Below are positions 1 to 12,015 of a DNA stretch of 64,000 nucleotides, one piece after another. The DNA is taken from assembly GCA_002633005.1 (NCBI GenBank), contig NMRA01000087.1, positions 377,393 to 441,392 of the forward strand, read 5' to 3'. Position 1 is the stretch's first letter; each line of letters opens with the position of its first letter. The DNA comes from Phoronis australis (Eukaryota; Animalia; Phoronida). The translations under genes were made by a program, and so were the position numbers. The notes beneath the pieces were generated by a model, which saw only the letters and a program-made list of their open reading frames with translations, ran no database searches and was not told the origin of the DNA.

Positions 1-133
1 CCCCCCCCCCCTCCCGATCCCCCTGGGTGCACGCATATGCTAGTCAGCAATTCGCAACCCTAACTGCAAAATGGTGTCTGGGACAATTTTAGGGGGGCCA
101 TGGCCCCCTTGGTCCACCCTAAATCCGCCACTG
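1..133. mobile_element. Terminal fragments of two non-autonomous DNA-transposon (MITE-like) families
   Basis: Bases 1-39 (poly-C...CCCTGGGTGCACGCATATG) resemble the reverse complement of the left end of the element at 48815. Bases 91-133 (GGGGGGCCATGGCCCCC...CCCTAAATCCGCCACTG) match the right end of the element at 11041-12015. Confidence 0.5.
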
Positions 134-2466
134 GTAGCAGCCATATTGCACCTTTCCAAAAAGTGACCTTATAATAACTTGTTCAGACATACCTAACTTG
201 TTCATAATCTAAAATAAAAAATCTTGCCTCTCCCGTATACTTTTTGCTTACGAAGCATTACACGAACTGCCGTTGGTCCTACATGGCTGTTCTCAGTTGC
301 CTCAACCACCAATAGAGGGCTCTTGGAACATGTAATTAATTTGCAAAACACGACGTAAATAGCTTGTATCTTAGAAAAAAAGCAGACAGTATTATTAATT
401 ACCATTCTCTGAAAACCACACTCTGGTTATTATTGCTTATTAACAAATTGTACCTACATGTAATTTATGACTAGCATCCGTGCTTCGTCTATATTATACA
501 TGACGTCGTTGTTTGTTTCCAGGGAGATTATGGACGCGACTAGAAGCCGAATCTGCCTTACTCTCGTTTTTTATCCTCTTTGTGAGAGCTAAAGGCATAG
601 GAAGGGGAAAGGAGCACTCAAGGGGGCTATGGCCCTCTTTTCAGTGCAACTCGGCTAAACTCGTTGTAATTTTGCTTTCATATAATAAAATCCCTGCAGG
701 CTGCGACAAATTTTAGTCTCCACCAGCCGTCAGATATTTGGCGTTTGCACCCCCCTCCTCCGGTCACCCCAACGTCAAAAACCGTCACCAAATTCTCTTC
801 TGTGAACATCGCATACGATTTGATCCCACGAGTGGTCCTGCTCAGTCATAAATTTACCTACTCTGGCTAGTAGGAGCTCATCCTCTGGCACTGGCCTTGA
901 TTTATGAGGTACTTTACAGCATCTCAGATGTTTTGAAGTGTCTTTAGCATGTCTGACGAAAGCCACAAAGCTTTCGTGATGGCACTTTTTGTTGAAAAAT
1001 CTCTAAACGAACAAGTCTCCATTTTGTCTTTAAGCGTATGATACGCTCGACCAGTCTTTACAAATAACAATTCTTACATGTTCAAAATTCAAAGGTATTT
1101 ATATATTCATTTAAAAACGCCAAAGAGCGTTTAAATTAACCTGTTAATGGCAGAAAACAAGAGAGTTACATGTACAAGTTTTTATATATCCTCAAACCTA
1201 ATGTCAACTGACTCACTGGGCAAAGGTCATCGAGTTCAGTTTTAATTCTGATCGCGTAATACATCCAGAAAACAACTTGGTTTCATTTGAAAGAACTTAA
1301 ACTTGATTTTTATAACCACTTAATGGTTTGTAAACTATGCTCATAATTTCCAAAATAAACAGTTTTGCAAGAGAATTTTCACTAAAATGTAAAGTTGAGA
1401 CAAGTCATTTTTGCTCAGTCATCAAGATCAACTCCTTGACTGTATGTTCAAAAAGTTACTGTATACAAAGCTACAATGTGCAATATGGCGGTAAGAGGGT
1501 CACAAAACAGCCACTAAAATTAGTTAGGAAAAGTGATATGTGGATTATTTTTCCTGTCTAGCAAATTTTGAATAAATGCCAGATAATTACGCACAGTATC
1601 CTTTGGTTATTCCAGCCACCAAAGCACAACTTTCAATATATGTTGTATATTAATTATTTTCGTTACTGAAAACTTACAATTTTCGAAACGGCTAATATGA
1701 CCAATTGCGGTCTAATGACATTTGGCATTTTTGTTACGATACCTATCCACGTACAAAAATGATGTTGTTTTGAATTTTGACGTGTAGACTGATTTTTGAA
1801 AATCTACTGGTTTTTGTATAGACTGCCTCTTAATTGCCCAGTTCTTTGCTCTGGGTACCTGAAGTGCGTTGTTTCCTTGTTACCCTAACGCCTGTTTGTG
1901 GAAAGTTCACTGCCCGGTCTTTATTTGAGTTATGCACTGGAGGTGCACCGACTNACATGACATCAAGATTCGATGTGCAAGTCGCTTCGCGCATAGAACG
2001 TGACGTAACAACCTAACCCGCATGTTGCGAGAGAACTAAAGAGCAGCCGATATCCGTCTGAAATTTCTCACCAAAAGTGGAAAGTTGGCTGGATGGTTTT
2101 GGTTTGTCAGTAGTACTACTTTGAAATCAAACAGGATCTTGGTGATCAGCTGACAAATCCCGCGACTGCCAATGTGTCGCCAAAAACTGTTTGGCAAGTA
2201 GTCACAGCAGTTATTGCCAGACTGGGCCAGAACCTGCCTAATTCAAGCACAACCGTGGTTCAAAAAGATAGTCACGTTTTGTGCGCGTAGGAGATGCGCA
2301 TAAAATGTACATAAACGTACATAAACGTTGGCAAGCTTTTTTTGAAAATGTTCGCAACGTTTAAATAAACATAATATAAAGTTATTTCATTCATTCATAA
2401 TCAACTAACTTGTGTAATCATGATAAAATTCTCTGCCACAGCTATCGTTGCCGTGCCGTTTAAATG

Positions 2467-2472
2467 TTTATT
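2467..2472 (-). terminator. Candidate polyadenylation signal of Kv paralog A
   Basis: AATAAA on the minus strand ~130 nt downstream of the stop codon at 2604. Confidence 0.35.
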
Positions 2473-2603
2473 AAGAATATGAGACACTGTAAACAGCTAT
2501 GGCAGAGACCTCGATTTCTAGTCTTTCTACAACAATCTACACAGTTACTTTGCAGCAACCACGTTGGGACACATTCCGGGTAGATCACAAAAGCGATCGC
2601 TAT

Positions 2604-4612
2604 TCAATGACTCTCGTCCTGTTTTTCGGTCTTGGCTCTCTCTCTTTCTTTGCTGTAGAACGAATAGAGATTGGTGAAATTGTTGCCAATAATTGCGATT
2701 GGCAGAGCAGTAAGTATTATTCCAGTCAGCGCGCAAAGAGCACCAATGATATAACCGCCTGTTGCCATTGGATATTGATCTCCATAGCCAACCGTCGTCA
2801 TAGTAACTATAGCCCACCAGCACGCAATTAACATATTAGGAAATGTCTTTGGTTGGTCAAATTCTGCTAAGAAAACCAATGGCGCGAACGTGAGCATTCC
2901 GACCGTTATGACAACCGTCATGAGCAGAAGAATTTGCCAACTTTCGACCAAGGACAGCAATAATACTCGCATTATCGGGTAATGATAAGCGAACCCCACC
3001 AATCGTCCCATTCGGAGGACTGTTATTGAAAATAGGAAAAGGAGTAAGGGGATCACACGCAGTTTTTCGTTATCCATGGGATCCACCGAGCTCAGGAAGC
3101 TGTAGGTTAGGACGACTTGAGTCCACTGCATTAATAGACACGTTATATCAGACACATTTAAAAACGACTTAATGAACATGATCTTGCTGGGGTAAATCAA
3201 AAAACGAGCAAAAAGGTCCACCGTGAAGAACAGCAAACACGCTAACGAAGTCGCCTCAATGGCGGGGTGAATAGTTGAGGTCACGTACATCGCCGCTTTG
3301 GGATTGGATATCTTCGACTGGACGAACTTAACGAAGGTTTTGTTTTGGGTCGGGATTCTGAAGGTTTCGGTTGAAGACATCATTACAGCAAACACATTGG
3401 CTAAAGTGAACACGGAATAGATTACCCCGTAAACCTGAAAATAAAACAATATAAACTTCAGAAGTAAGCTTAGCAAAGCGGGACATTTGATTTATACAAG
3501 TGTTGATTATGGCTGAAGGAATCAACTGAGTTGCTTTATCATTATTACAGTTCCACATGTGTCTGCGAAAATGAGCTCTACATTTACAATTGAGAAGGAG
3601 ATCTGGCGTGCGTTCAGTAGACGCTAGGACCTCGCTAAAAAGCAAGAATTTGCGAGATTACGTGAGATATTGCCGTGCATTTTGAATGAGAACACGTGAC
3701 TTTGACTATGTTTTAGCTAGGTCCTAGTGTAGGTCCTAGCGTCTACTGAACGCACGCCTGGATTGCATGCAAGTCTTTATGCAAGCGAAACAAGTATTCA
3801 CGCTGGGTTTCCTAGTGAGTATCTTGACGATACGGTACGGGCACGCTGCTTTCCGCAAACAAAATGTACCTGGGAGTAAAGCTAATGTGGTCATGTGCTT
3901 CTTGGGTAATGCGGGGCGATACTTCGCGTGATCTCGTTATTTTCGCGATTTTTATCCGTCTACGAACGCTGCTTTGATGTAGACCATTATTCCAATTAAA
4001 CAAAATTCCGATTTACCCGTCTTTCGCAATCGTTTCTACTCCCTGTTGATAAATAATAATAAATATACTCACTATTCCTATGTTTGAACTTTCAGGGTTT
4101 TCCATTATCATCCACATTCTGTATTTCAATCTTTCACTGCACGACTCTTGCTCATCAGGTGGACGGAACGGTGGCTTTTTCATAGCGAATTTTGCTGCCA
4201 TCTTTCTTTTCCAAGCAACTGTCACCTCCGCTTCAAACATTTTATCTTGGCAACATTCAGATACTTTGTTTGGAGAAATCTCCCAAAATAGCAGTTCTCT
4301 TTTTATAATATTCGCACAGATGTGATTTGGCAGGTGCAATTCCCCACTGCGATAGTATTCCAAGATACATTCAAACACGGAAGCATTCCGATCGAAAAAG
4401 TGTTCCTCAAAACTTTTCGAACCTGTTTTCGTGCAGAGTCTTGAGAGCCGCGTATTTGGTATGGAGCACAAGGTACTAGAGAAAGCCTTGAACAAGACTC
4501 CGCCCACATTTAATGTTACAACGAAATTTTCCATGGTGCCCTTATTGCCTGCAGGTGTCAAAGCGATATCATTCGTTTTGCACTCAAAATGATGCACTTT
4601 GTTGTCAGTCAT
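2604..4612 (-). CDS. Voltage-gated K+ channel alpha subunit, Shaw/Kv3-like, divergent (paralog A), 456 aa, 2 exons
   Basis: Exon 1 4612-4073 (ATG; GTGAGT donor, phase 0) and exon 2 3434-2604 (TTTCAG acceptor; TAG stop). T1/BTB domain (TLNVGG...PNTRLSRL...FFDRN), non-Shaker Zn motif HX5CX20CC (HLPNHIC...ECC), six hydrophobic segments, pore WWAIVTMTTVGYGD, and S6 GALCAL.G...NNF..LYS as in Shaw/Kv3. Confidence 0.93.
3603..3760. mobile_element. MITE (158 bp) in the intron of Kv paralog A
   Basis: ~30-bp terminal inverted repeats C(T/A)GGCGTGCGTTCAGTAGACGCTAGGACCT, flanked by GAT on both sides (3-bp TSD). A second copy lies at 27291-27438. Confidence 0.85.
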
Positions 4613-5606
4613 TTCTTGTTTTCCTTAAAGACAATTTGCTTCACACGCCTGCGTTCCGTTGACGGAAAGAAAAAGGTTCACTTTTGGAACAAAAACTGAA
4701 TTCAATCCGACAGTTCAAAAATCCAACCTCACTGGCCAACCACTGCCGTGGCCGCCATTTTGATAGGATAATTAGGCTGGTAAGCTCTCGAGTATATTCA
4801 AGAAAACTCTCGCCTTTCTGGCCCTGTATCTTGCGAAGTCTAACGAGATCTTACTTTCCTCGCACGGAACTTGGTCTACGGAACGCTCTCCTGATTTCGT
4901 GTTCTTCTTTTTCCGTTGGGATTGCGCTAGCGCAGGTGAAGCGTTGATCTTTACTTTGTTCACCGCTGACGGATACCAACTGCAATGAAAAGACAAGAAC
5001 TGTTGCAATGGGATTAGGAATGCAGCGACTCTTTCATTATGGATAAGCAATCCTTGTAATGGCATCAATAATTTTCAATTCGATTCAATGTACATGATGT
5101 ACATGTGAGTTACCGTTATTTTTATTACATATGACATGGCCTGTTGAAAATTAATTCAATACAGATTGAGACAAATAACCCACGTTTCGATACAAGCTTG
5201 TCTAAAGCAATTTCAAAAATGAATCATTTTAAAGCACACGTAAATGTAATTTGCTTTCCCTAAGTGACCACTCCTGAAATGACCAAATTGTAACGGTCGC
5301 CTGAGCGCTCATTGCCCATCTTGGATGTCTTATTTGTCTTCACAGGTATTTTAAAAAGCATACAAAATATCCCAACGTACAGCTACGTAAAACAGCCGTT
5401 AAAAACTCGAATTACGGCAATGAAACTGAGCGAAATTGTTTGAAACATGATCTATTTGACATATTTTTCTAATTTCTAATGGTTTGTCTATGAAAATTAT
5501 AGCAAAATTCTCACCTTCTCCAGAAGTTGGGTTAGTCGCGTGTTACCGTCTCCGTTGCCTATCGTAACCTAAATGATCGTTAAGTCTCATTTGACATTTG
5601 AATATA

Positions 5607-6074
5607 CAGGGTGTCCCAAAAATATAAGTAACACTGAAGACATGATTTTACCCAGTGTTTTTCTTTTTCCAGCCTTCTAAATCTTGTATTGCATTGCATA
5701 GACATTAGAAAAACTGACACAAATGACCCTTATTCTAAAGAGCGTTTTTCGGTTTGTGGCATCAAAACGAAATCGGCCAAGTGCACGGATCCAACGTCAG
5801 TGATCGAGAATTTTTCCTAAAAGTTGATGCGACTGAGCAGAGAACGTGAAAAGGACTGTATCTAGCTGTACTGCAGCGGAGATTGTGTTCAATTTGCGCA
5901 TAAAATGCAGTATTAAACGAAAGGCAGTTGTTTTGTGGAGCATGCGAAGGTCGCGAGAGTGTCGGAGCTGCAGAGAAGCAATTATGGAAATTCCATGGAA
6001 TTCAAACGTTCTAAGTAACAGTGTTTTCTGGAATTCATATTTCAGCATATATTTATCATTTTTGGGACACCCTT
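5607..6074. mobile_element. Tc1/mariner-type MITE
   Basis: TA|CAGGGTGTCCCAAAAAT at the left end and ATTTTTGGGACACCCT at the right end (terminal bases eroded); no coding capacity. Confidence 0.7.
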
Positions 6075-6483
6075 TTCAAAAGTCATTTCATAGAGATGCC
6101 TGTATCACCAATGATGTATAGTTGTTTTATTGAAAAGCTTTCGTGAAAGCAATTATGGTATTACACTGGGGCAAACAACTGGTCAATAGCTAGGTACTAA
6201 CATATCGCTGCGCTCATTTATTCATAAACACTAGGGGTATAATTAGATGATTAGTATAAGGGCTTTAATCGAGTCATTTTGAAGTGGGCAAACCAAGAGA
6301 TAGTGTCACGCGGTAGACAATGATACCCGTATCACTTACACCTTCAGCCATCTTAGTTGTTTCCCGGTTCCCAAGCAGGAAGGTGGGTGTCAGTGATACA
6401 CTGTAGCGCGTTGTTTGACATGCCGAACGTGTTCAGGTACATGTGCAGTTCGGTAGCAGCCCTTCGTTAACACAAACTCCTTT

Positions 6484-6692
6484 GAAAACAAGACTGGACT
6501 TTTGTTTGACAGTTTAACACAGACTCGCTCGTAGTATCTAGACATTCTCCTTTCTTCAGGCGTGCAGCTATGAAGCAAAACACCGAGAGACATTTTTGCT
6601 GCATAGCTGCACTCCTGAAGAAAGGAGAATGTTTAGACACTACGAGCGACTCTGTATTTAAGCTGTCAAACAAAAAGTCCAGTCGTGTTTTC
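6484..6692. repeat. Long imperfect palindrome (foldback/MITE-like)
   Basis: ~97-bp arms (GAAAACAAGACTGGACTTTTGTTTGACAG...GCAGCTATGAAGCAAAA / TTTTGCTGCATAGCTGC...CTGTCAAACAAAAAGTCCAGTCGTGTTTTC) around a ~13-nt loop. Confidence 0.85.
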
Positions 6693-7323
6693 GACGATGC
6701 TTGAAATACATGTACCAAATGGTATGGAGTGTAGTACGATAACCGTGAACTATCAATTAAATTACGATATAAAGAATGAAAATAAAGAGATTATTATTAA
6801 AACTTAACTGAGTCAGTGATGCGCTAGTTAAGTCTGCAGATAAAATTAAGATTTGGTATTACTTTTGTAGCGGTCCAGATTTCACCGTGTCCAGAGACGC
6901 GTCTCCCGCAACTTGGGGTGTTGGTCATTCACACCGCCTGTCAGGCGTTTCTCTATGGCATCGAAACCATTAATGGAAATATTATTTAGTAATGATATCA
7001 CTTGCTCTCGTTTTCGTTGAAATTTTCATGATTATAATCCGTATTGTATTGAAAACGGCGCGCGCGTTTTCACAATACACCCAGGGAGATAAAGCGTTCG
7101 AAATTGGAAATAATTAATCATGATCTCGATGGAACCATTGTCGCAGTCTATGGTCGCATAAACACATTTTCGTGTTGGTATTCAATTAATGAAACGATAT
7201 CGATCAGAATTGTCTTTATACATTAATCTAGAGTCTAGCGCTTGTTTTTATTGAGGAAGCAGCACCACGGTGTATCCGTCACCAGTCGAGTTCGGGCCCT
7301 CGAACAAATAACGCCCGTGATAA

Positions 7324-7337
7324 CCACCAGATGGCGC
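7324..7337 (+). promoter_or_regulatory. CTCF-like motif between the two Kv genes
   Basis: CCACCAGATGGCGC matches the CTCF core consensus CCASYAGRKGGCRS exactly. Confidence 0.5.
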
Positions 7338-10300
7338 ACCAGGCTTCGACTGACAGGCCTGTGAGCATTTACTTCGTGCGCCAGCACTGACGCAACGTTT
7401 TACTTAGTTCCGGTCTGGTTATCCCCACATGTAACGAGATGCGATATTTGCGGACGAAAAAGGCATGGGATTATCTCGTAATATTGGGCATTAAAAGATG
7501 TACCAAGCGACCATTATGCTCTTGATAACCTTCTCTGCTTCATAGCTGGCCTATACATGTGAAAGAACCGGCAACTACTGGATGACTTATATTTCACATC
7601 AACTTTTCTGCTTACCTTTCTCGTTAATTGTCCCGTTGCTGGACTACTTTTGAGCGGACTCACGAAGTGTCGTCCATTCCCACGTTAAATATACTTTCCT
7701 GGGAGCCGACTCGTGCTCTAGACAGTCTCGCCACCTGGCGACGGGGGTCAAATCTTCTTACTCGAGGTAGAACTTTTGGCTTTTTCTATTCTACTTTTGC
7801 GCGAACTCAACATAAGTGGCTTTTATTCTGTGATTGAGTACGTAATGGCTTACGTGGCTAACTGTCTAACCCAAATTTGCACTTAATTACTCCATCAAAG
7901 TTCGAATAATTTATGAATTTAAAATCTCGAATTTTTACTCCAAGTTTTTAGCTCACCGAATCTAGGGTCATCAAATACGATTTTGGAGTAGAAGCTCATT
8001 TGCATAAACCATAATGTACTCGAGCACAGAATATTAAACACTTATCTTGAGTTCACACAAACTTAACAGACCGCAAACCGCTAAAAATAATTTCAATTTT
8101 ATATCGGGTGCCTGTCGGTGTACGTTCCTTCGAGGCAGTCTAATCTAGTAACAACGAACCAAGACGTGTAATGTAACGCCGCTGAAGCAAACATTTTTGA
8201 CCCGTGAAAATGACGTCAAGGATCGTTTTTCAATTTTAACAGATGGCGCCGGATCCCGTTTGTTTCACGGGATCTAACTTTAACGTGTAAAGTTCTCAAC
8301 ACCTGAAAAATGACTACGCTGTTCCGATAGCTGACAATGTGTAGAGGGGAACGTATTTCGGCTTTCGCTTTAAAGCAAAGCTCGACGCGACTTCTAGGCT
8401 CACTAAAAACTACCAAAGTGTCAAAGAAATCCACATTTCGCGAAAAAAAACCCTTTTTAAATCAAAATTAAATAAATACGAGTAAAGAAAGACAATGGCA
8501 TGTTTTTTCCATTAAAATATTCCAGTAGTAGTCCTAACACTTGTCAGTAAGATGACACGCGCTTGCTTAACGTGACAATGACTTCTCAGGTCCTTCACGA
8601 AGTCTCCACAGGCTTTGATTACTTTTAAATTGTATATGTTAATTTATATCGTGAATAAAGTGTATCATTGCTACATATAGACTGCTGCACGGTGGTCGAC
8701 CTAGGGATAGTTGGCGGTCGCCGATAATTGGAGACGGCCCGTAAGGGCGTCCTCTGCAGCCCCGTCTGAGCCTCACTTTGGAGTTTTCCATGCTTTCCAC
8801 ACGGTGTTCTCCGGTTTACACTTGGCACTCCTTAACGCAGCAATCTGCCCTTCTCCTTCCAGGAGGGCCCTTTCTGATCGCATGGCTCTACTCACGGTAA
8901 AAATGTCGGCGCGGGTCAACGCCCTGCATTGATCTTTTTATTATATTGATTGCTATGACTGCGCGCTTTGAACAGCCATTAACATTTGCAGAAATACGTG
9001 AATTTAGCTTTTGGAGGTAAACTCACAATAAAGAATAAAATAGGCAACAAATATGATCGGTGTTCAATTAAAAGTAACCTTTAAAAGTCAAGTGACGGTA
9101 ATATTCAGGAGACTTCATTTTTCATGTTTGTGAATCAATGGACAGCTATGTCTAGGGTTAGTATTTCTTGCTAACTGTGGTATATGCAAATAAATTAACA
9201 TTCTGTGTAAAATCCGTCTGTAAATGTTTTACATTCCTGTATAGCGCAGACGCACGTCTTTGAAACAAATACCGAATATAAAATGCATAAATTTACCTTG
9301 GTTACCAAGGGATACATGCCATCTTGGCATTAAAATATTAACTGACAATCAATAAACACACAAAACATGATTGTAAGCATTAAAGATGTATTTTCATGCT
9401 CCTAACTATGCTAATGTATAGCAGGAACTAAACCACAAGGCTATTGGAACAACATCTATGCTAAACAAATTGTAAACGTGAAAACAAAGAAAAAATCTGC
9501 AAATAGGTGACTTTTGCACTAATGACGTACCTTGGGGACTCACAAAGCCTGCACCATGCTGTGTCATTCCCCAACACTACCTCATGATACTTACTGGACA
9601 CAGTTGAGGAATTTACAGCGGATCATTTTCGACACAAAACTCGTTTCTAAAAACATTTGGCAATTTTCAACAAACTTCATATCTACATCGTCGCTATACA
9701 TTGTGTTTCTAGCTAATTTGACCAGGCAATCACAGAGATAAAGAATAAGCGACCAAGTAAGAGTTACGGAGGTGTGGTATAATTATTGGTGAGAAAACAA
9801 GTAAAACTGAAGTGCCTTCCCACACGTACGTTAATTCGATATCTGGTCAGTAATGTTTTCTATTGTGTTTATCCATATTCATGAAACAAATAACGATAGG
9901 ACAGTCATTATTGTTAAAGAGATCGTCATAGATTCTAGAGAAAAGAAATTTATCGCACGAATCCAGTTTATAATGTCTGCCTTGTATTACCTACATTATT
10001 CAAGTTCCTTGCACTACCTACAAAGGTAGGCTAAACCCTGTCTTTGTAGTGTGTTCGCTGATAAAACATACGTTGATAATAGTCAGATTTCTTGCAATGG
10101 ACTACAAAAAGAGAATTTGTAAGTTCTGTGCAATTAAGTTCGTCTGTCAGCGGGAGGTGTAACGATGTCCTTGAAAAGCGCTTGTTTAAAAAACAGGTTC
10201 GTATAACAGTAATTCCATGCATTCGAAGCATTTTAGTGATCATCAAAGATTTGAAAACTATAGATTCATGGGGGGACAATAAATAGTTAGAACAGTTTGA

Positions 10301-11040
10301 AAGGATTGTGATCCTAAGTGGCTCAAGGCCTCAAAAGTTTTAAACACCCACAAAATGATGATATATATCCTATCCTTGGTAAACGAAAATTCCCTCTATA
10401 ACTTTGTTGTTATAAAAAGTACAATACCCTGTTGTAATGAGTGATTTGCAGGTATATGTTGCTGGAAAACGAACTTCAAGGCGTTACACAAAAGACACGT
10501 TGATTTGACAACTTAGGAAATAACATGAGCAAACAATATAACGAAATAAAATTAAACAAGCAATACAGTACATAAATTGTAGAATTACAAACTTAGCAGA
10601 AAAATGGGACAAAATCTCCACATTGTTGCGTAAGATTGCACACGATCTATGCACGTGGAAAGCCAACATGAGGTCTCACAAAGGTAAATCATATTGGCCC
10701 TGTGCAACAACAGGTTATTATGACGACGCAAAGGGAAGTGGAATGTCCAACTTGCTTCTTGTCTCGCAAAAATTTTGTTGGGTACCAATGATGTAGTGTG
10801 TACAGCTTGTGGTGCAGTTACAAAATTAAAGCAAAACCAAACTTAATGAAGATCAAGTTTGTACAATCTGTGCATTACAGACATTTCTGTGACATTCATT
10901 GGTATACGTTTTAACGGCAATTCCATCGATATCAGTTAGTGTAAAAAAGATAGCTAGATACATGTCAGTATCCCTTGGACACCTCAGAATAAAAATGACG
11001 AAATTGTACTCTTGTCAACTTCAAAATCGTGAAAATATTA

Positions 11041-12015
11041 CATTGCAGTGGCGGATCTAGGATATCACAAGGGGGGGGGCCAACATTGTGTCTGTAAACA
11101 TTTGGTCTAAGCACGATTGTAGATGTGCATAGCACCGAATGGGAGGAGGTCAGGCCCAGGAAATTTTTCTGTTTTTTCCTCTAAAAATCAAGCATTTTCC
11201 TTGATTCCCGAAGTATTATCCAAGAAAAAAGGCAAAAAAAAAAGAAAAATACGAAGAATGTGTCAACCAGCAAAATCTAGTACCACAGATTCGAACTCAC
11301 GACCTTGCTAGTAAAGCGTGCGTGCTTTATCCCTGCACCACCACGATTTAACTCTTGATTTGACACTAAGAGACCTACTTATTTATGGTCCACAGCGTTT
11401 GCGCGCGAAAACCCCTTTTGTAATGCTTATTACATGTTTTTTGTGCAATCAGTTCGTAAAAAATTTGTTGTATTTAAAACAGTCTTCAATTGCCCAAAAC
11501 ACCAAATCCGTTTTTGTGTTTGCAATAACGACGCGATTGCTTTGGAAACCGTCTTTTAAGTTAAGGTTTGACAAAGAGAGAATTATGAGTTTCTGAGTGA
11601 TTCACTAAAGCTTCGATTAAAATTGGCATCTTACCAGCAGCTTCTGTTTTTTCACCATCACTCAAATTCCAGTTTCTTTAAAAAATGCACAGTGGAGCAG
11701 ACGACAGAAACGGAGTCGTAGTGCCCAGCGCCACTGCCGGTCGCCTGAGATATCGCGGGAGAGCCTATACTTAGCCGTAGTTCCGTTACGATTGCGCCGT
11801 GTTCCGAATTTGACACTTGAAATTGAGCCCCCCCCCCAAAAAAAAAACATTAAAACTGCACACATTTAAATATTGTTTCAGCCGTATATTTGTAATTACC
11901 GGGGTTAATTAATAAATTCAACATTTCCCTACGCTCTTGCTGTTTTATTTTTTTTTGCGGCAGCCAAGGGGGGGGGGCCGGGCCCCCGGCAACCCCTAAA
12001 TCCGCCTATGCAATG
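11041..12015. mobile_element. Non-autonomous DNA transposon (~970 bp) with G/C-run subtermini
   Basis: Inverted ends CATTGCAGTGGCGGATCTAGG / CCTAAATCCGCCTATGCAATG with subterminal poly-G runs; the same right end occurs at 91-133. Confidence 0.7.
11282..11344 (-). other. tRNA-derived (SINE-head-like) sequence inside the transposon
   Basis: Minus strand reads GTGGTGGTGCAGGGATAAAGC...GGTCGTGAGTTCGAATC: A-box-like and B-box (GTTCGAATC) motifs at tRNA spacing, without a good acceptor stem. Confidence 0.45.

Noticed and set aside
1954-1954. Single ambiguous base (n)
   Set aside because: Assembly ambiguity in non-coding DNA; no biological inference is possible.
2499-2831. Antisense or alternate-frame ORFs over Kv, MRNIP and RET exons (e.g. 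13452-13940, 14777-15235, 26343-26694, 30627-31007)
   Set aside because: Shadow ORFs of real coding exons with no independent motifs.
8625-8932. GC-rich patch with ORFs on both strands
   Set aside because: No recognisable protein motif or splice-consistent structure; probably repeat-derived.
11282-11344. Functional tRNA gene (also 40144-40228)
   Set aside because: A/B boxes are present, but the acceptor and anticodon stems do not form a proper cloverleaf.
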